Origin: Candidatus Krumholzibacteriota bacterium
Lineage (GTDB): Bacteria > Krumholzibacteriota > Krumholzibacteriia > LZORAL124-64-63
Length of the DNA stretch: 62,651 nucleotides
Assembly (NCBI GenBank): GCA_039714075.1
Contig: JBDLKA010000008.1
Span: 1 to 62,651, forward strand
Reading direction: 5' to 3'
The position numbers and the translations under genes are program-made. This document shows positions 38,181 to 48,708 of the stretch, one piece after another. The stretch's first letter is position 1; each line of letters opens with the position of its first letter. The notes below the pieces were generated by a model. It had not been told where the DNA came from. It saw nothing but the letters and a program-made list of their open reading frames with translations, and made no database searches.

Positions 38181-40694
38181 ATGATATTCGTGCGAATGAT
38201 TCTCATTGGAGTTCTTATTCTGGCAGGTGCGGTTTCGGAAGCCTCGGCCCAGGATCAGGCTTGCCACAAATATGAAGCGGACCTGCACTGGTTGGGGAAT
38301 GTTGAAACCCCCGGCAGCGCCATGGGGATGGCTGCTGATGGGAGTTACCTCTACGTAGCGGACGGGTCGTCCGGACTGCAGGTGATCGACGTGACCCGTC
38401 CGGGTTCCGCATATATCGCAGGGTCGGTGGACACCCCGGGCTTCGCCTTCGATATCGTCATCTCAGGCCACCTTGCGTATGTCGCCGACAGCGTGGCCGG
38501 CCTTCAGGTGATCGACATTTCCACGCCGGAGGCCCCCACCATCGTCGGAGCTGTGGATACTCCTGGAGCCGCCCAGTCGGTATCAGTCAACGACGGCTTG
38601 GCCTATGTTGCCGATGGAACGACCGGCATCCAGGTGATCGACGTTTCCACCCCGACGGCTCCCGCCCTTGTTGGATCAATGCCCACGCCGGACACCGCCC
38701 ACGACATCACCGTCGACGGCAAAGTGGCATTTGTAGCCTGCGGAAGTGCAGGGCTGTTGGTCGTCGATGTGCTCGACCCCGCCCTGCCTTCGGTGATCGG
38801 TTCCGTGGTAACGCCGGGATACAGTTGGGAGTCCGCTGTTTCCGGAGACCGCGTCTTCGTGGCCGACGGAACTTCAGGGCTGGCCGTGGTCGATGTTTCG
38901 AATCCCGGCTCCCCCGTGGTGACGGCTTCCCTGAACACCGGCGGCATCGATAACGGCATCGCCATGAATGAAGGAAGGGCCGTTCTGGCCAGCGGCAACA
39001 TCGGCCTGAAAGTGATCGACATTTCCGCACCGGACAGCCCCGTGATCGAGGGCATCCTTGACCTGCCCGAGATGTCGCCGGGAATCGCCCTTTCCGGCGA
39101 CCTGGCTTTTGCGTCCGCTTTGGGGATGAAGCTTCAGATCGTGGACGTCGCCGAGGGGGCCGCCTCCGAACTGATGGGCACCTTGGATCTCGGCCAGACG
39201 ATCAGGGGCGTTGCGGGAACCGGGAATCTGGCCTTCGCCGTCAGTGGTACGGGTTTCAGCGTCATAGATTTGACGGACCCTTCCAATCCCGAGTTGATTG
39301 GTACCGGACGCGGTAGTGGGCGTAGAATCGCCCCGGCGGGGGATTTCGTCTACCTTGCCGGTGCAACTCTGACCGTCATCGACGTTTCCGTGCCGAAAGA
39401 GCCGAAATTGGCCGGACTGGCCCCGGTATCTTCCGTGGATGTTGCCGTCATGGGTGATTATGCCGTGGCCACCGATGGGCTGGACGGACTGAACGTTCTC
39501 GACATGACGGATCCGACTTCCCCGAAGGTTACCGGACACCTTGATTTTCGGGCCCTCAGCGTGGCGGCTCGGGGCAACCACGCCTTTGTGACCAGTGGCG
39601 AAGCCGGCCTTTGGATCGTGGATGTCTCCCACCCGGAAAAACCGTTTGTGGCGGGAATTCTGGATACTGACGGCAGGACCTCCGATGTCGCCGTGGTTGG
39701 AAACTACGTCTATTTGGCCGACGACGAGGCCGGCCTGAAAGTTGTGGATGTGTCCGATCCTTCAAACCCAGTGGTCGTCTTTGAAAAGGATTTCCATCAA
39801 TACACGATGTACGTGGCCGCTTCCGGAAACAACCTCTACGTGGGAGACTGGATCGATACTCCGTTCTTTTGGACAACGCTCCATGTCCTGGACATTTCCG
39901 ACCCTTTGAATCCCGTGGTGACCGGCAGTGTACCGCTGCCCTTCCTGCACGATGACATCGCCATTGCGGGCGAACATGTCCTTTTGGCCGGTCAGCGGGG
40001 CGGTCTCCTGGTCGCAAAGGGACAATGTGCGGATGAGACCGGGGTGACTGTGGACATAGACATCAAACCAGGCAGCGAAACAAATTCCATCAACTGCAAC
40101 CATCTCAACGGCGTTGTCCCGGTGGCCATTCTCACAACGGACGAATTCGAGGCGACGAATGTGGACCACACGACGGTGCGGTTCGGAGAGGGCGGTGCGG
40201 AGGAAACCCATACACACCGCTCCGGGTCTCTGAAACGCCATGAAGAGGATGTCGATGGTGACGGGGACACGGATCTGGTTTTCCATTTCGCCAAATCGGA
40301 CATCGGCATCCGGTGCGGCGACACCGAGGTTGTCCTGACGGGAGAAACTTTCGCCGGCAGGAGCATTACCGGCACGGACGCCGTATTGACGGTACCGGGT
40401 GACGGCGCGGGCGTGTCATCATCCAGCAGTGTCCGGATTTCTCCGAATCCCTTTAATCCGACGACCACCATCATGTTCCAGACCGATCGGCAGCAGCCTG
40501 TCAGGATCGCGGTCTATGATATGAAGGGCCGTCACCTGGCGACGATCGCCGACAAGCAGTACGCCGCCGGCCAACACTCCGTCCAATGGCTGGGCAGTGA
40601 CACACAGGGTCGCGCGGCGCCCTCGGGAGTGTATTTCTTCAAGATCCATATGGGAGGCAGGGTGGAAACCAGAAAGGCGATGTTGGTTCGATAG
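38181..40694 (+). CDS. Secreted LVIVD-repeat protein with C-terminal FlgD-Ig-like domain
   Basis: Many YVADG.SGL.VID repeats, a DIDIKPGS module, and SPNPFNP...SGVYF. Confidence 0.9.
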   Translation: MIFVRMILIGVLILAGAVSEASAQDQACHKYEADLHWLGNVETPGSAMGMAADGSYLYVADGSSGLQVIDVTRPGSAYIAGSVDTPGFAFDIVISGHLAYVADSVAGLQVIDISTPEAPTIVGAVDTPGAAQSVSVNDGLAYVADGTTGIQVIDVSTPTAPALVGSMPTPDTAHDITVDGKVAFVACGSAGLLVVDVLDPALPSVIGSVVTPGYSWESAVSGDRVFVADGTSGLAVVDVSNPGSPVVTASLNTGGIDNGIAMNEGRAVLASGNIGLKVIDISAPDSPVIEGILDLPEMSPGIALSGDLAFASALGMKLQIVDVAEGAASELMGTLDLGQTIRGVAGTGNLAFAVSGTGFSVIDLTDPSNPELIGTGRGSGRRIAPAGDFVYLAGATLTVIDVSVPKEPKLAGLAPVSSVDVAVMGDYAVATDGLDGLNVLDMTDPTSPKVTGHLDFRALSVAARGNHAFVTSGEAGLWIVDVSHPEKPFVAGILDTDGRTSDVAVVGNYVYLADDEAGLKVVDVSDPSNPVVVFEKDFHQYTMYVAASGNNLYVGDWIDTPFFWTTLHVLDISDPLNPVVTGSVPLPFLHDDIAIAGEHVLLAGQRGGLLVAKGQCADETGVTVDIDIKPGSETNSINCNHLNGVVPVAILTTDEFEATNVDHTTVRFGEGGAEETHTHRSGSLKRHEEDVDGDGDTDLVFHFAKSDIGIRCGDTEVVLTGETFAGRSITGTDAVLTVPGDGAGVSSSSSVRISPNPFNPTTTIMFQTDRQQPVRIAVYDMKGRHLATIADKQYAAGQHSVQWLGSDTQGRAAPSGVYFFKIHMGGRVETRKAMLVR

Positions 40695-40767
40695 CCATCG
40701 GAGTCTGGAAATCCATGGGGCCGTTGGATATGCGGACGGCCCCACAGCCTATCACCCATACCATTGC

Positions 40768-40795
40768 GAAAAAGGCCCCCCGGGGGGCCTTCTTT
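40768..40795 (+). terminator. C6G6 palindromic terminator
   Basis: AAGGCCCCCCGGGGGGCCTT followed by CTTT. Confidence 0.65.
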
Positions 40796-41033
40796 GCGAG
40801 CGACTACAGGAAATCCCCGGGACCCATCCCCCCTTCCTGACCATCACGACACCTTATTCCTCCGGGGGTTATTCGCAATGCGGCACGGAATGACCCAATC
40901 CTGCTTATAGTGCAATTATTTGGGAAAACACAACTTACACCTACTTGGCCCAACTGGCACGATCCTTCCTTGTAGGGCGTCGGAACGAATGAACCCGGCT
41001 CGACCGGGAGCCGAATATCCTGTAGGAGAGAGT

Positions 41034-41858
41034 ATGCGAATCATTGCCGTAGCCATGACCAAGGGCGGAGTGGGAAAAACGACCACCGCCGTGAACCTGT
41101 CCCACGGACTGGCCCAGCGGGGCCACCGCGTCCTGCTGGTGGACGCCGACACCCAGGGCCAGTGCGCCAAGGCGCTGGGCGTGGAAGCGGACCTCACCCT
41201 GACCGATGTCCTCACCGAAGACGTCCACATTCTGGACGTGGTGACCCGCGCCCGTGAAAACCTGGACCTCGTGGCCTCCGATTACCATCTGGCCAAGGGA
41301 GCGCTGGCCATTTCCCGTCGTGAATGGGGCGGCCACCTGGCGCTGGCCGAGGTCCTGGAACCGGCGGCCGACCGGTACGATGTCGCGGTGATCGACGCCG
41401 CGCCCGGTTTCGACGCCATCGCCGTCAACGTCCTGGGCTGCGCCCACGACGTCGTGGCTCCCGTGGCCCTGACCCCCGCGGCCCTGGCCGGGGTGCTGGA
41501 CTTCGTCCGGCACGTGGGATCGGTGCAGAAACACAACACCCGCCTGAACCTGCGCTACGTGCTACCGACGTTCCTCGATCTTCGGGTGCGCCAGTCCACC
41601 GAGATGATGGGCCAGCTGCGCGGCCACTTCGGGTCCCAGCTCTGCACGCCCATCCGCGTGAACGTCGATCTGGCCGAGGCTTTCGGTTTCCAGAGCACCA
41701 TCTTCGAGCACGCGCCCAGTTCACGTGGCGCCGGGGATTACACCCGGTTCATCGAACGGGTGGAATCCGACGGCCGGGTCCTTCTGGGAGACAAGTTGAA
41801 GCAGGGTTCACGGGAGGAAATTTCCACGGACCGGACGCCGGTGGGATGTCCGGCTTGA
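41034..41858 (+). CDS. Orphan ParA/Soj family ATPase
   Basis: KGGVGKTTT, VDADTQG, IDAAP and IRVNVDLAEA motifs. No adjacent parB. Confidence 0.9.
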   Translation: MRIIAVAMTKGGVGKTTTAVNLSHGLAQRGHRVLLVDADTQGQCAKALGVEADLTLTDVLTEDVHILDVVTRARENLDLVASDYHLAKGALAISRREWGGHLALAEVLEPAADRYDVAVIDAAPGFDAIAVNVLGCAHDVVAPVALTPAALAGVLDFVRHVGSVQKHNTRLNLRYVLPTFLDLRVRQSTEMMGQLRGHFGSQLCTPIRVNVDLAEAFGFQSTIFEHAPSSRGAGDYTRFIERVESDGRVLLGDKLKQGSREEISTDRTPVGCPA

Positions 41859-41889
41859 TGTCGGCATCCAGGCTGGACCCATTCATGAG

Positions 41890-41912
41890 AGAGGGCCCCC
41901 GGGGGGCCCTCT
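41890..41912 (+). terminator. C5G6 palindromic terminator
   Basis: AGAGGGCCCCC-G-GGGGGCCCTCT after parA. Confidence 0.55.
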
Positions 41913-42018
41913 TCCTGTCTGAAACCCCGTCGGCCGGGCAACCTGTTTGCGATGTCCGGTTCATGTACTAGGTTTCCCCGAGTCCGGAATCATCGGTTTT
42001 ATGGAAAAAGGAAAAAAA

Positions 42019-42198
42019 GTGAGCTTCTTGAAAAAACTATTCGGGGGCGCAGCCAACCCGCCCGAGTCGGCCCGCAACATGAGCCGCAACGCCACCTGCT
42101 GGTGCGGGTCGGGCAAGAAATACAAACAGTGCCATTTCGAGGATGACCGCGGGTATTTCACCACCCGGCAGAACGAAGCCTGCAAGGGGCCGACCTGA
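42019..42198 (+). CDS. Small SEC-C motif protein (may extend to 42207 if the UGA is Sec)
   Basis: MSFLKKLFG...RNATCWCGSGKKYKQCH...ACKGPT*GR*, with an AAGGA RBS. Confidence 0.85.
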   Translation: MSFLKKLFGGAANPPESARNMSRNATCWCGSGKKYKQCHFEDDRGYFTTRQNEACKGPT

Positions 42199-42228
42199 GG
42201 CCGCTGATATCCGGGCTGGGTCCAGCCC

Positions 42229-45200
42229 CTACATCGACCGCCGGTACTGCCCCCCCACCTCGTACAGCGCCCCGGAAATCTCCCCGAGCGTGCAGACCTT
42301 GGCCGCCTCGATCATCGCCTCGAAGGTGTTTTCGTGCTCCACGGCCGCCTTCTGCAGGGCCGCCAGCGCCGCCCCCGCAACATCCGCGTTCCGCGCCTTG
42401 AAGGCCTCCAGGGTCGAAATCGCGAACTCTTTCTCCTCTTCAGTGGATCGGATCACTTCTCCGGGTATCACCGTCGGCGACCCGTTGGGATCCAGATAAG
42501 TGTTCACCCCCACGATGGGCAGCTTGCCGGTGTGCTTGCGCATCTCGTAGTACATCGATTCTTCCTGGATCCGCGTGCGCTGGTACATGCGCTCCATCGC
42601 CCCCAGAACACCGCCGCGTTCGCTGATCGACTGGAACTCCGTCAGCACCGCCTGTTCCACCAGATCGGTCAGCTCTTCGATGACGAAAGCGCCCTGCAGC
42701 GGGTTCTCGTTGTTGGCCAGCCCCAGTTCCTTGTTGATGATCAGCTGGATGGCCATCGCGCGCCGCACCGACTCCTCGGTCGGCGTTGTGATGGCCTCGT
42801 CGTAGGCGTTGGTGTGCAGGCTGTTGCAGTTGTCGTAGATGGCGTACAGCGCCTGCAGCGTGGTGCGGATGTCGTTGAAGGCGATCTCCTGCGCGTGCAG
42901 GCTGCGGCCCGAGGTCTGGATGTGGTACTTCAGCTTCTGGCTGCGCTCGTTGCCGCCGTACTTGTTCTTCATGGCCTTGGCCCAGATCCGCCGCGCCACC
43001 CGACCCATGACCGAGTACTCGGGATCCATCCCGTTGCTGAAGAAGAACGACAGGTTGGGCGCGAAGCTGTCGATGGGCATGCCGCGCGACAGGTAGTACT
43101 CCACGAAGGTGAACCCGTTGGCCAGCGTGAAGGCCAGCTGACTGATGGGGTTCGCCCCAGCTTCGGCGATGTGGTAACCGCTGATCGACACCGAGTAGAA
43201 GTTCCGCACCATGTTGTCGATGAAGAACTGCTGGATGTCGCCCATCATGCGCAGGGCGAACTCCGTCGAGAAGATGCAGGTGTTCTGGGCCTGGTCCTCC
43301 TTCAGGATATCCGCCTGCACCGTGCCGCGCACCGCGCACAGGGTGTCGGCCTTGATCTTCGCGTACACGTCGGCCGGCAGAACCTGGTCGCCGCTGACGC
43401 CCAGCAGCATCAGGCCCAGGCCGTCGTTGCCCTGGGGCAGGTCGGGGCCCTTGCGCCGGTACTTGGGCCTGGTCATTCCCCTGTCCTTGTAGATCTTGTC
43501 GATCTTCGCGTCGACCTCGTCCTCCAGCCCATTGGCCTTGATGTACTTCTCGCAGCCCTGATCGATGGCCGCGTTCATGAAGAACGCCAGCATCATGGGC
43601 GCCGGCCCGTTGATGGTCATCGATACCGAGGTCTTGGGATCGGCCAGGTCGAAGCCCGAATACAGCTTCTTGGCGTCGTCCACGGACGCGATGGAAACAC
43701 CGCTGTTGCCGATCTTGCCGTAGATGTCCGGGCGCCGGTCCGGGTCCTCGCCGTACAGCGTCACCGAATCGAAGGCGGTCGAAAGACGTGCTGCCGGCAT
43801 GCCCAGCGACACGTAGTGGAAGCGCCGGTTGGTGCGTTCGGGCCCGCCCTCGCCGGCGAACATCCGGGTCGGATCCTCGCCCTCGCGTTTCAGGGGAAAC
43901 ACCCCGGCGGCGAACGGGAAGAACCCGGGCACGTTCTCGGTCAGGACCCAACGGAGGATGTCGCCCCAGTCCTCGTACCGCGGCAGACAGACCTTGGGGA
44001 TGCGCGTGTGGCTCAGCGACTCGGTGAACAGATCCTGCTCGATCTTCTTGTCGCGAACCTTGAACACGTACTTGTCGGCGCGGTAGCGCGCGACCATGGC
44101 CGGCCAGTCGCGCAACCTGTCGCGGCAGTCGGCGTCCAGGCGGCCCTCCAGGTCCTGGTACATGTCCACCAGATCCTTCAGGTAGTCGGGCTCGCCGGCC
44201 ACGTGCTCGATGGCCATGACGACGCCGGCCTCGTCGGGATTGACGACCTCGACCGATTTTTTGCCGATGTTCGCCCGCAGCAGTTCGATGGTCCCGTGCA
44301 GCTGATACAACTGCCGGGCGATGGCGCACTGCCCGGCCACGAACGTGTCGTAGTCGCCGCTGGCCTCGACGATCTCCGCCAGATACCGCACCCGTTCGGG
44401 CGGAATGATGAAGGCGCGCTTGCTCATGGCCTCGGTGACTTCGTAACCGGACTCCAGGGGCGCGCCGGTCTTGTCCACCACCCTGGTGATGATCGCCTGG
44501 TACAGCTCGTTCATGCCCGGATCGTTGAACTGCGAAGCGATGGTGCCGTAGACCGGCAATTGATTGTCGTCGGCGTCGAACTCCTGGTGGTTGCGCCGAT
44601 ATTGCTTGCGCACGTCGCGCAACGCGTCCAGCGAGCCGCGGTGGTCGAACTTGTTGATGGCGATCAGGTCGGCGAAATCCAGCATGTCGATCTTCTCGAG
44701 CTGGGTCGCCGCGCCGTATTCGGCGGTCATCACATACAACGAAACATCCGAGTGCTCGGTGATCTCGGTATCGCTCTGCCCGATGCCGCTGGTCTCGACG
44801 ATCACCAGGTCGAACCCGGCCGCCTTGCAGATGTCGATGCTCTGCTTCACGTACTTCGACAAGGCCAGGTTGGACTGCCGCGTGGCCAGCGACCGCATGT
44901 AGACGCGCGGATGATCGATGGCGTTCATGCGGATCCGGTCGCCCAGAAGAGCCCCGCCGCTGCGCCTTCGTGAGGGATCGACCGACACGATGGCAATGGT
45001 CTTGTCGGTGAAGTCGGCCAGGAACCGCCGCACCAGTTCGTCCACCAGGGAGGACTTGCCCGCCCCGCCGGTGCCGGTGATGCCCAGCACGGGAATGACC
45101 TTCGCCCCGGCGATCTTGCCGCCGGCAGCCCGGACCGCGGACATCAGGTCCTCGTCATGATCCGGGTGGTTTTCCGCCAGGGAAATCAACCGGCCCAAAG

Positions 45201-45732
45201 CGCGGGGATCCTTCTCATCGAGGCCGGCCAGGTGCGCCGACAGGGAATCAGCGGTCGGCACCCGGCCCACTTCGAAATCGCACTGCCGCAAAACGTCGTT
45301 GATCATGCCCTGCAGACCCATCTCGCGGCCGTCGTCCGGCGAGAAGATCCGCGCGATTCCGTAGGCGTGCAGTTCCTCGATCTCCGCGGGCAGGATGGTC
45401 CCGCCGCCCCCGGCGAAAATCCTGATGCCGACCCCCGATTCCTTGACCAGGTCGTGCATGTATTTCAGGTACTCCACATGCCCACCCTGGTAGCTGGTGA
45501 TGGCGATGCCCTGGGCATCCTCCTGGATGGCGCAGTCGACGATCTCCTTCACCGAGCGGTTGTGCCCCAGATGGATGACTTCAGCACCGCTGGCCTGCAG
45601 GATACGCCGCATGATGTTGATGGCCGCATCATGGCCGTCGAACAAGGAAGCCGCCGTCACGATACGCACGTGGTGGGCGGGCTGGTAGGGTTCGATCTTC
45701 TGTGTGGCGGGATGGACGGCTGGGTCGGACAT
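42229..45732 (-). CDS. icmF: Fused isobutyryl-CoA mutase/G-protein chaperone IcmF
   Basis: N-terminal B12-binding DGHDAAIN, MeaB-like GTGGAGKSS and NKFD, mutase barrel with the Phe specificity motif PTRMFAGEG. Confidence 0.96.
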   Translation of the reverse strand: MSDPAVHPATQKIEPYQPAHHVRIVTAASLFDGHDAAINIMRRILQASGAEVIHLGHNRSVKEIVDCAIQEDAQGIAITSYQGGHVEYLKYMHDLVKESGVGIRIFAGGGGTILPAEIEELHAYGIARIFSPDDGREMGLQGMINDVLRQCDFEVGRVPTADSLSAHLAGLDEKDPRALGRLISLAENHPDHDEDLMSAVRAAGGKIAGAKVIPVLGITGTGGAGKSSLVDELVRRFLADFTDKTIAIVSVDPSRRRSGGALLGDRIRMNAIDHPRVYMRSLATRQSNLALSKYVKQSIDICKAAGFDLVIVETSGIGQSDTEITEHSDVSLYVMTAEYGAATQLEKIDMLDFADLIAINKFDHRGSLDALRDVRKQYRRNHQEFDADDNQLPVYGTIASQFNDPGMNELYQAIITRVVDKTGAPLESGYEVTEAMSKRAFIIPPERVRYLAEIVEASGDYDTFVAGQCAIARQLYQLHGTIELLRANIGKKSVEVVNPDEAGVVMAIEHVAGEPDYLKDLVDMYQDLEGRLDADCRDRLRDWPAMVARYRADKYVFKVRDKKIEQDLFTESLSHTRIPKVCLPRYEDWGDILRWVLTENVPGFFPFAAGVFPLKREGEDPTRMFAGEGGPERTNRRFHYVSLGMPAARLSTAFDSVTLYGEDPDRRPDIYGKIGNSGVSIASVDDAKKLYSGFDLADPKTSVSMTINGPAPMMLAFFMNAAIDQGCEKYIKANGLEDEVDAKIDKIYKDRGMTRPKYRRKGPDLPQGNDGLGLMLLGVSGDQVLPADVYAKIKADTLCAVRGTVQADILKEDQAQNTCIFSTEFALRMMGDIQQFFIDNMVRNFYSVSISGYHIAEAGANPISQLAFTLANGFTFVEYYLSRGMPIDSFAPNLSFFFSNGMDPEYSVMGRVARRIWAKAMKNKYGGNERSQKLKYHIQTSGRSLHAQEIAFNDIRTTLQALYAIYDNCNSLHTNAYDEAITTPTEESVRRAMAIQLIINKELGLANNENPLQGAFVIEELTDLVEQAVLTEFQSISERGGVLGAMERMYQRTRIQEESMYYEMRKHTGKLPIVGVNTYLDPNGSPTVIPGEVIRSTEEEKEFAISTLEAFKARNADVAGAALAALQKAAVEHENTFEAMIEAAKVCTLGEISGALYEVGGQYRRSM

Positions 45733-45921
45733 GGGTACCTTTCGGCCGCGGAATCAGGGAGAACTCCGCACGGCAGACACAACAAACCATGGCCGGGGCT
45801 GGGAAATCCAGACAGCCACGGCGGATCATTCTCTTGCTTCAAATCTAGCACAGGCATACGATTTGGACAATCTCCGGCAAAACCCGTTGCCGACCGAAAA
45901 CCACCTGATTCCGGAGGCGCC

Positions 45922-46401
45922 ATGCCCGACTGGAACATGTTCAAGGCCACCTGGTCGCTGCGATTGTTCGCGCTGACGCGGATCCCCCTGCTGGCGATCG
46001 TGCGGCCGACCCTGCTTGCGGCCGACCGGGAATCCTGCGTGGTCAGGCTCCCGTTGACCTGGCTGGCGAAAAACCATCTCGGCTCCCTCTACTTCGGCGC
46101 CCTGTGCATCGGGGCGGACGTGGCCGGCGGCCTGATCGTCATGAACCTCATCCGCGCCCGCCGCTCACCGGTGGCCTTCCTGTTCAAGGACTTCCACGCG
46201 GACTTCCACAAGCGGGCCGAGGGCGCCACCGTCTTTTCCTGCCGCGACGGGAAAAAGCTGGCGGACCTGCTGGACCGGGCCGAGACCAGCGGGGAAAGGG
46301 AAGAGGATGTCGTCGACGTGATCGCCACGGTGCCGGAAAAGCTGGGCGACGAACCGGTGGCCAGTTTCCGGCTGACCATCAGCATGAAGAAACGCGGCTA
46401 G
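45922..46401 (+). CDS. Hotdog-fold thioesterase-like protein (DUF4442/PaaI-like)
   Basis: KNHLGSLYFGALCIGAD and FHKRAEG motifs, GGAGG RBS. Confidence 0.85.
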   Translation: MPDWNMFKATWSLRLFALTRIPLLAIVRPTLLAADRESCVVRLPLTWLAKNHLGSLYFGALCIGADVAGGLIVMNLIRARRSPVAFLFKDFHADFHKRAEGATVFSCRDGKKLADLLDRAETSGEREEDVVDVIATVPEKLGDEPVASFRLTISMKKRG

Positions 46402-48158
46402 ATTCCCACCTTGAAGTAGACCCGCCACCAGTCCTTTTCGGCGTCGGATCCGTCGCCGGGAGCGGCGTTTTCCCGATTCCATTCCGCGGTGATTTCCCAC
46501 AACAGGGGGCTCGGAGGGGCAAGATCGGCCGCCGGCCCCCAGGGGGGCCCTGACGGAAGATTCTTCACCGACAGGGCAACCGTGGTCAATCGTCCCGAAC
46601 CCGGAGTCACTCCAACCATGCCCCAGGTGGCGTGACGCACCCGCAGCGCCGGTTCCAGGCCCCTGCCCGGCGGCCGGACCCGCACCAAACCGGTGAAGGA
46701 CTCGCCCGACCCGCCCAGCGCGTGCCCCAGCAGCCAGCCGTCATGGCTGTAACCCTCGGTGGGGAAACCGCTGTTGCTGTACCACAGCACGGTTTCATGG
46801 AGCAGCTCGGAATATTCAAGACCCAGGTCCCAGGCCGGATCGACAAGTTCGACCCCGATCACCGAAGAAGGGATGGATATCTGCGGCACCCACCCGCCGG
46901 GTCCGCTGGGCAGGAAATCGGTGCCGGCGTAATCCCAGAACACCCTTCCTGCCGCGGCCGGCAACAGCGGCCATGGCGCGTGACGCCACCGGGCTTCGAG
47001 TTGGGCCGAGAAGATGCGGTCGGTCACCGGGCCATGGGTGGTCTCGCTCCAGGTCGTGCCCTTGATGGGAAAATTGATCTGCAGGAGGTCGCCCCACAGG
47101 GAACCCTCGCGGGGCACGGCCATCGCCGTGTGGGTGAAGGTGGTCCGGAACCAGGAGGTGAACCGCCACCCGATCAGCCACTGGAAGAACCAGGGCTGGT
47201 CGGCCTTCTCGTGGTAGATGTCCACCCGACCCCGGTAGCGGACCAGACGCTCGGTCAACCGCCCGGTCATCAGCAGCAGGTCGTCGGGCGCGAAGAAGTT
47301 CCAGAAAGCCGAGCCCCAGTCGAAGGGCCGGGTCCGCCGCGCCGTCACGGCGGGAAACGAGGCGCCCGACCGGTCCAGCGCCAGGGCGCCGGTCAGGCCC
47401 GGTCCCGTGGTCCGCGGCGCCCAGCCGCCGCTGAAGCTCCAGCGGCCCCAGGTCACCCCGGCCACGGCGCGCGGAGCGTCGACGGTCCAGCGACCGTTCC
47501 GCAGGCGGGCATCCCGGACCTGGCTTCTGCCGGTGGGGATGCTCCACCCCGGCCAGGCCAAAGCCGACCGGTCCCCACCCGGACCGGAAAAATCGATGCC
47601 CGCCGGGGCCACCTGTCCGGTCAGGCGCCCGGTCACGGAAATCCACCAGGGCCCCGCCGAGAAATCCAGGACCGGTTCGAAGGTCGCATTCCAGCCCGGA
47701 GCCCAGCCGAGTCCGGCTTCCCGGGCGAAGGGCGTTCCGAGATCGGTGAACCCGGTGGCCGCCCTGCCGGACACCCTCATTTGGGGGGGGTGGACCTTGC
47801 AGTCGCAGCCGTACCAGGTGCGGCCGCCCCCGCCGCGCCGGTAGCGGTCCCGCCAGAACTCCAGACGGGCCAGTTCCTCTTCATCGCCGAAGGCTGCGGC
47901 CTCGCCGGACATGGCCTGGTCATACGCTCCGTCCAGCAGGTCGGCCAGTTCGCCCTCGGTCACAGGTTGATACACGGGAGGAAAGACACCCGCCTCCAGG
48001 GCCAGGCGCCGCACGGTTTCCCAGGGCACGGTGCGGGCGTCGGATTCCACCGGGTCGAACCCGGCAAAAGAAATCCCCGGCGCCGCGAAGGCACCGGGGA
48101 TGGAAATCAGAATCGTTGCGACCAGGGCCGTCAGGCGCCGGGGCCGCAGATAACTCAG
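46398..48158 (-). CDS. Capsule assembly Wzi-like outer-membrane protein; start non-canonical or uncertain
   Basis: Signal-like N-terminus, helical N-domain, GPGLTGALAL, LGHALG, and C-terminal strand VYFKVGI. Confidence 0.7.
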   Translation of the reverse strand: MSYLRPRRLTALVATILISIPGAFAAPGISFAGFDPVESDARTVPWETVRRLALEAGVFPPVYQPVTEGELADLLDGAYDQAMSGEAAAFGDEEELARLEFWRDRYRRGGGGRTWYGCDCKVHPPQMRVSGRAATGFTDLGTPFAREAGLGWAPGWNATFEPVLDFSAGPWWISVTGRLTGQVAPAGIDFSGPGGDRSALAWPGWSIPTGRSQVRDARLRNGRWTVDAPRAVAGVTWGRWSFSGGWAPRTTGPGLTGALALDRSGASFPAVTARRTRPFDWGSAFWNFFAPDDLLLMTGRLTERLVRYRGRVDIYHEKADQPWFFQWLIGWRFTSWFRTTFTHTAMAVPREGSLWGDLLQINFPIKGTTWSETTHGPVTDRIFSAQLEARWRHAPWPLLPAAAGRVFWDYAGTDFLPSGPGGWVPQISIPSSVIGVELVDPAWDLGLEYSELLHETVLWYSNSGFPTEGYSHDGWLLGHALGGSGESFTGLVRVRPPGRGLEPALRVRHATWGMVGVTPGSGRLTTVALSVKNLPSGPPWGPAADLAPPSPLLWEITAEWNRENAAPGDGSDAEKDWWRVYFKVGI

Positions 48159-48421
48159 CAGCCCACCATCTTCAGGGTCAGGCCGCCGAGAACGACCACG
48201 GGCAGGAACAGGATCAGGGCGCCGACCGGAATCACCGCCAGGAAAACCGTGCCCAGGATCAGCATCAACGGAACGACAAACACCAGGGCCAGCAATCCCT
48301 TGGTCAGGACAAAGAGGATCTTGAACGGCAGCAGCACCATGGCGAAAACGAATTTCAAAAGCAACATGCCGACACTCAGGGCCACCATCAGGATCGACAG
48401 GAGAATGATCAGTTCCAGCAT
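48155..48421 (-). CDS. Small hydrophobic membrane protein, 88 aa
   Basis: GGAGG RBS and an almost entirely hydrophobic sequence. Confidence 0.75.
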   Translation of the reverse strand: MLELIILLSILMVALSVGMLLLKFVFAMVLLPFKILFVLTKGLLALVFVVPLMLILGTVFLAVIPVGALILFLPVVVLGGLTLKMVGC

Positions 48422-48672
48422 CGCAGGTCCTCCGGCAAGGGGTCATCACGTTCGTACGGCCCGCTTCAGGCAACCGTTCCAGTGATACGATTTGCGGCGG
48501 GTCAGGTTGCATCGAACCGCGGTCTATGAACATACCCGGTGGACCGGTCCTTTATTCGCCGTGCAAGGTCTGCGATCATGTTTTCATTCCCGCCATCAAA
48601 CCGAATAATTAACCACCATTGATGCATATTTCATCTGTTATAGAAATCCAAATAACCAAACAGAAAAATTTC

Positions 48673-48702
48673 TGGTCAAAACAACACTAAAAGTGCTATA
48701 AT
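48673..48702 (+). promoter_or_regulatory. Extended -10 promoter facing a non-coding region
   Basis: TGGTCA-18 nt-TATAAT with a TGn extension (TGCTATAAT). Confidence 0.55.
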
Positions 48703-48708
48703 ATGACT

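Noticed and set aside
41847..41888. parA ends C-P-A-TGA-C, resembling a CxxU motif
   Set aside because: It lies in a non-conserved tail beyond the ParA fold, and the nearest hairpin is only 4 bp with its loop 12 nt from the UGA. TGA is the common stop in GC-rich DNA.
45733..45921. Cobalamin riboswitch upstream of B12-dependent icmF
   Set aside because: No recognisable B12-box or core motifs on the icmF strand.
48131..48163. The small membrane protein ends G-C-TGA-V-I-C, with foldable downstream RNA
   Set aside because: The downstream sequence is constrained by the overlapping Wzi-like signal peptide, and GC-rich RNA folds easily. There is no redox-family context.
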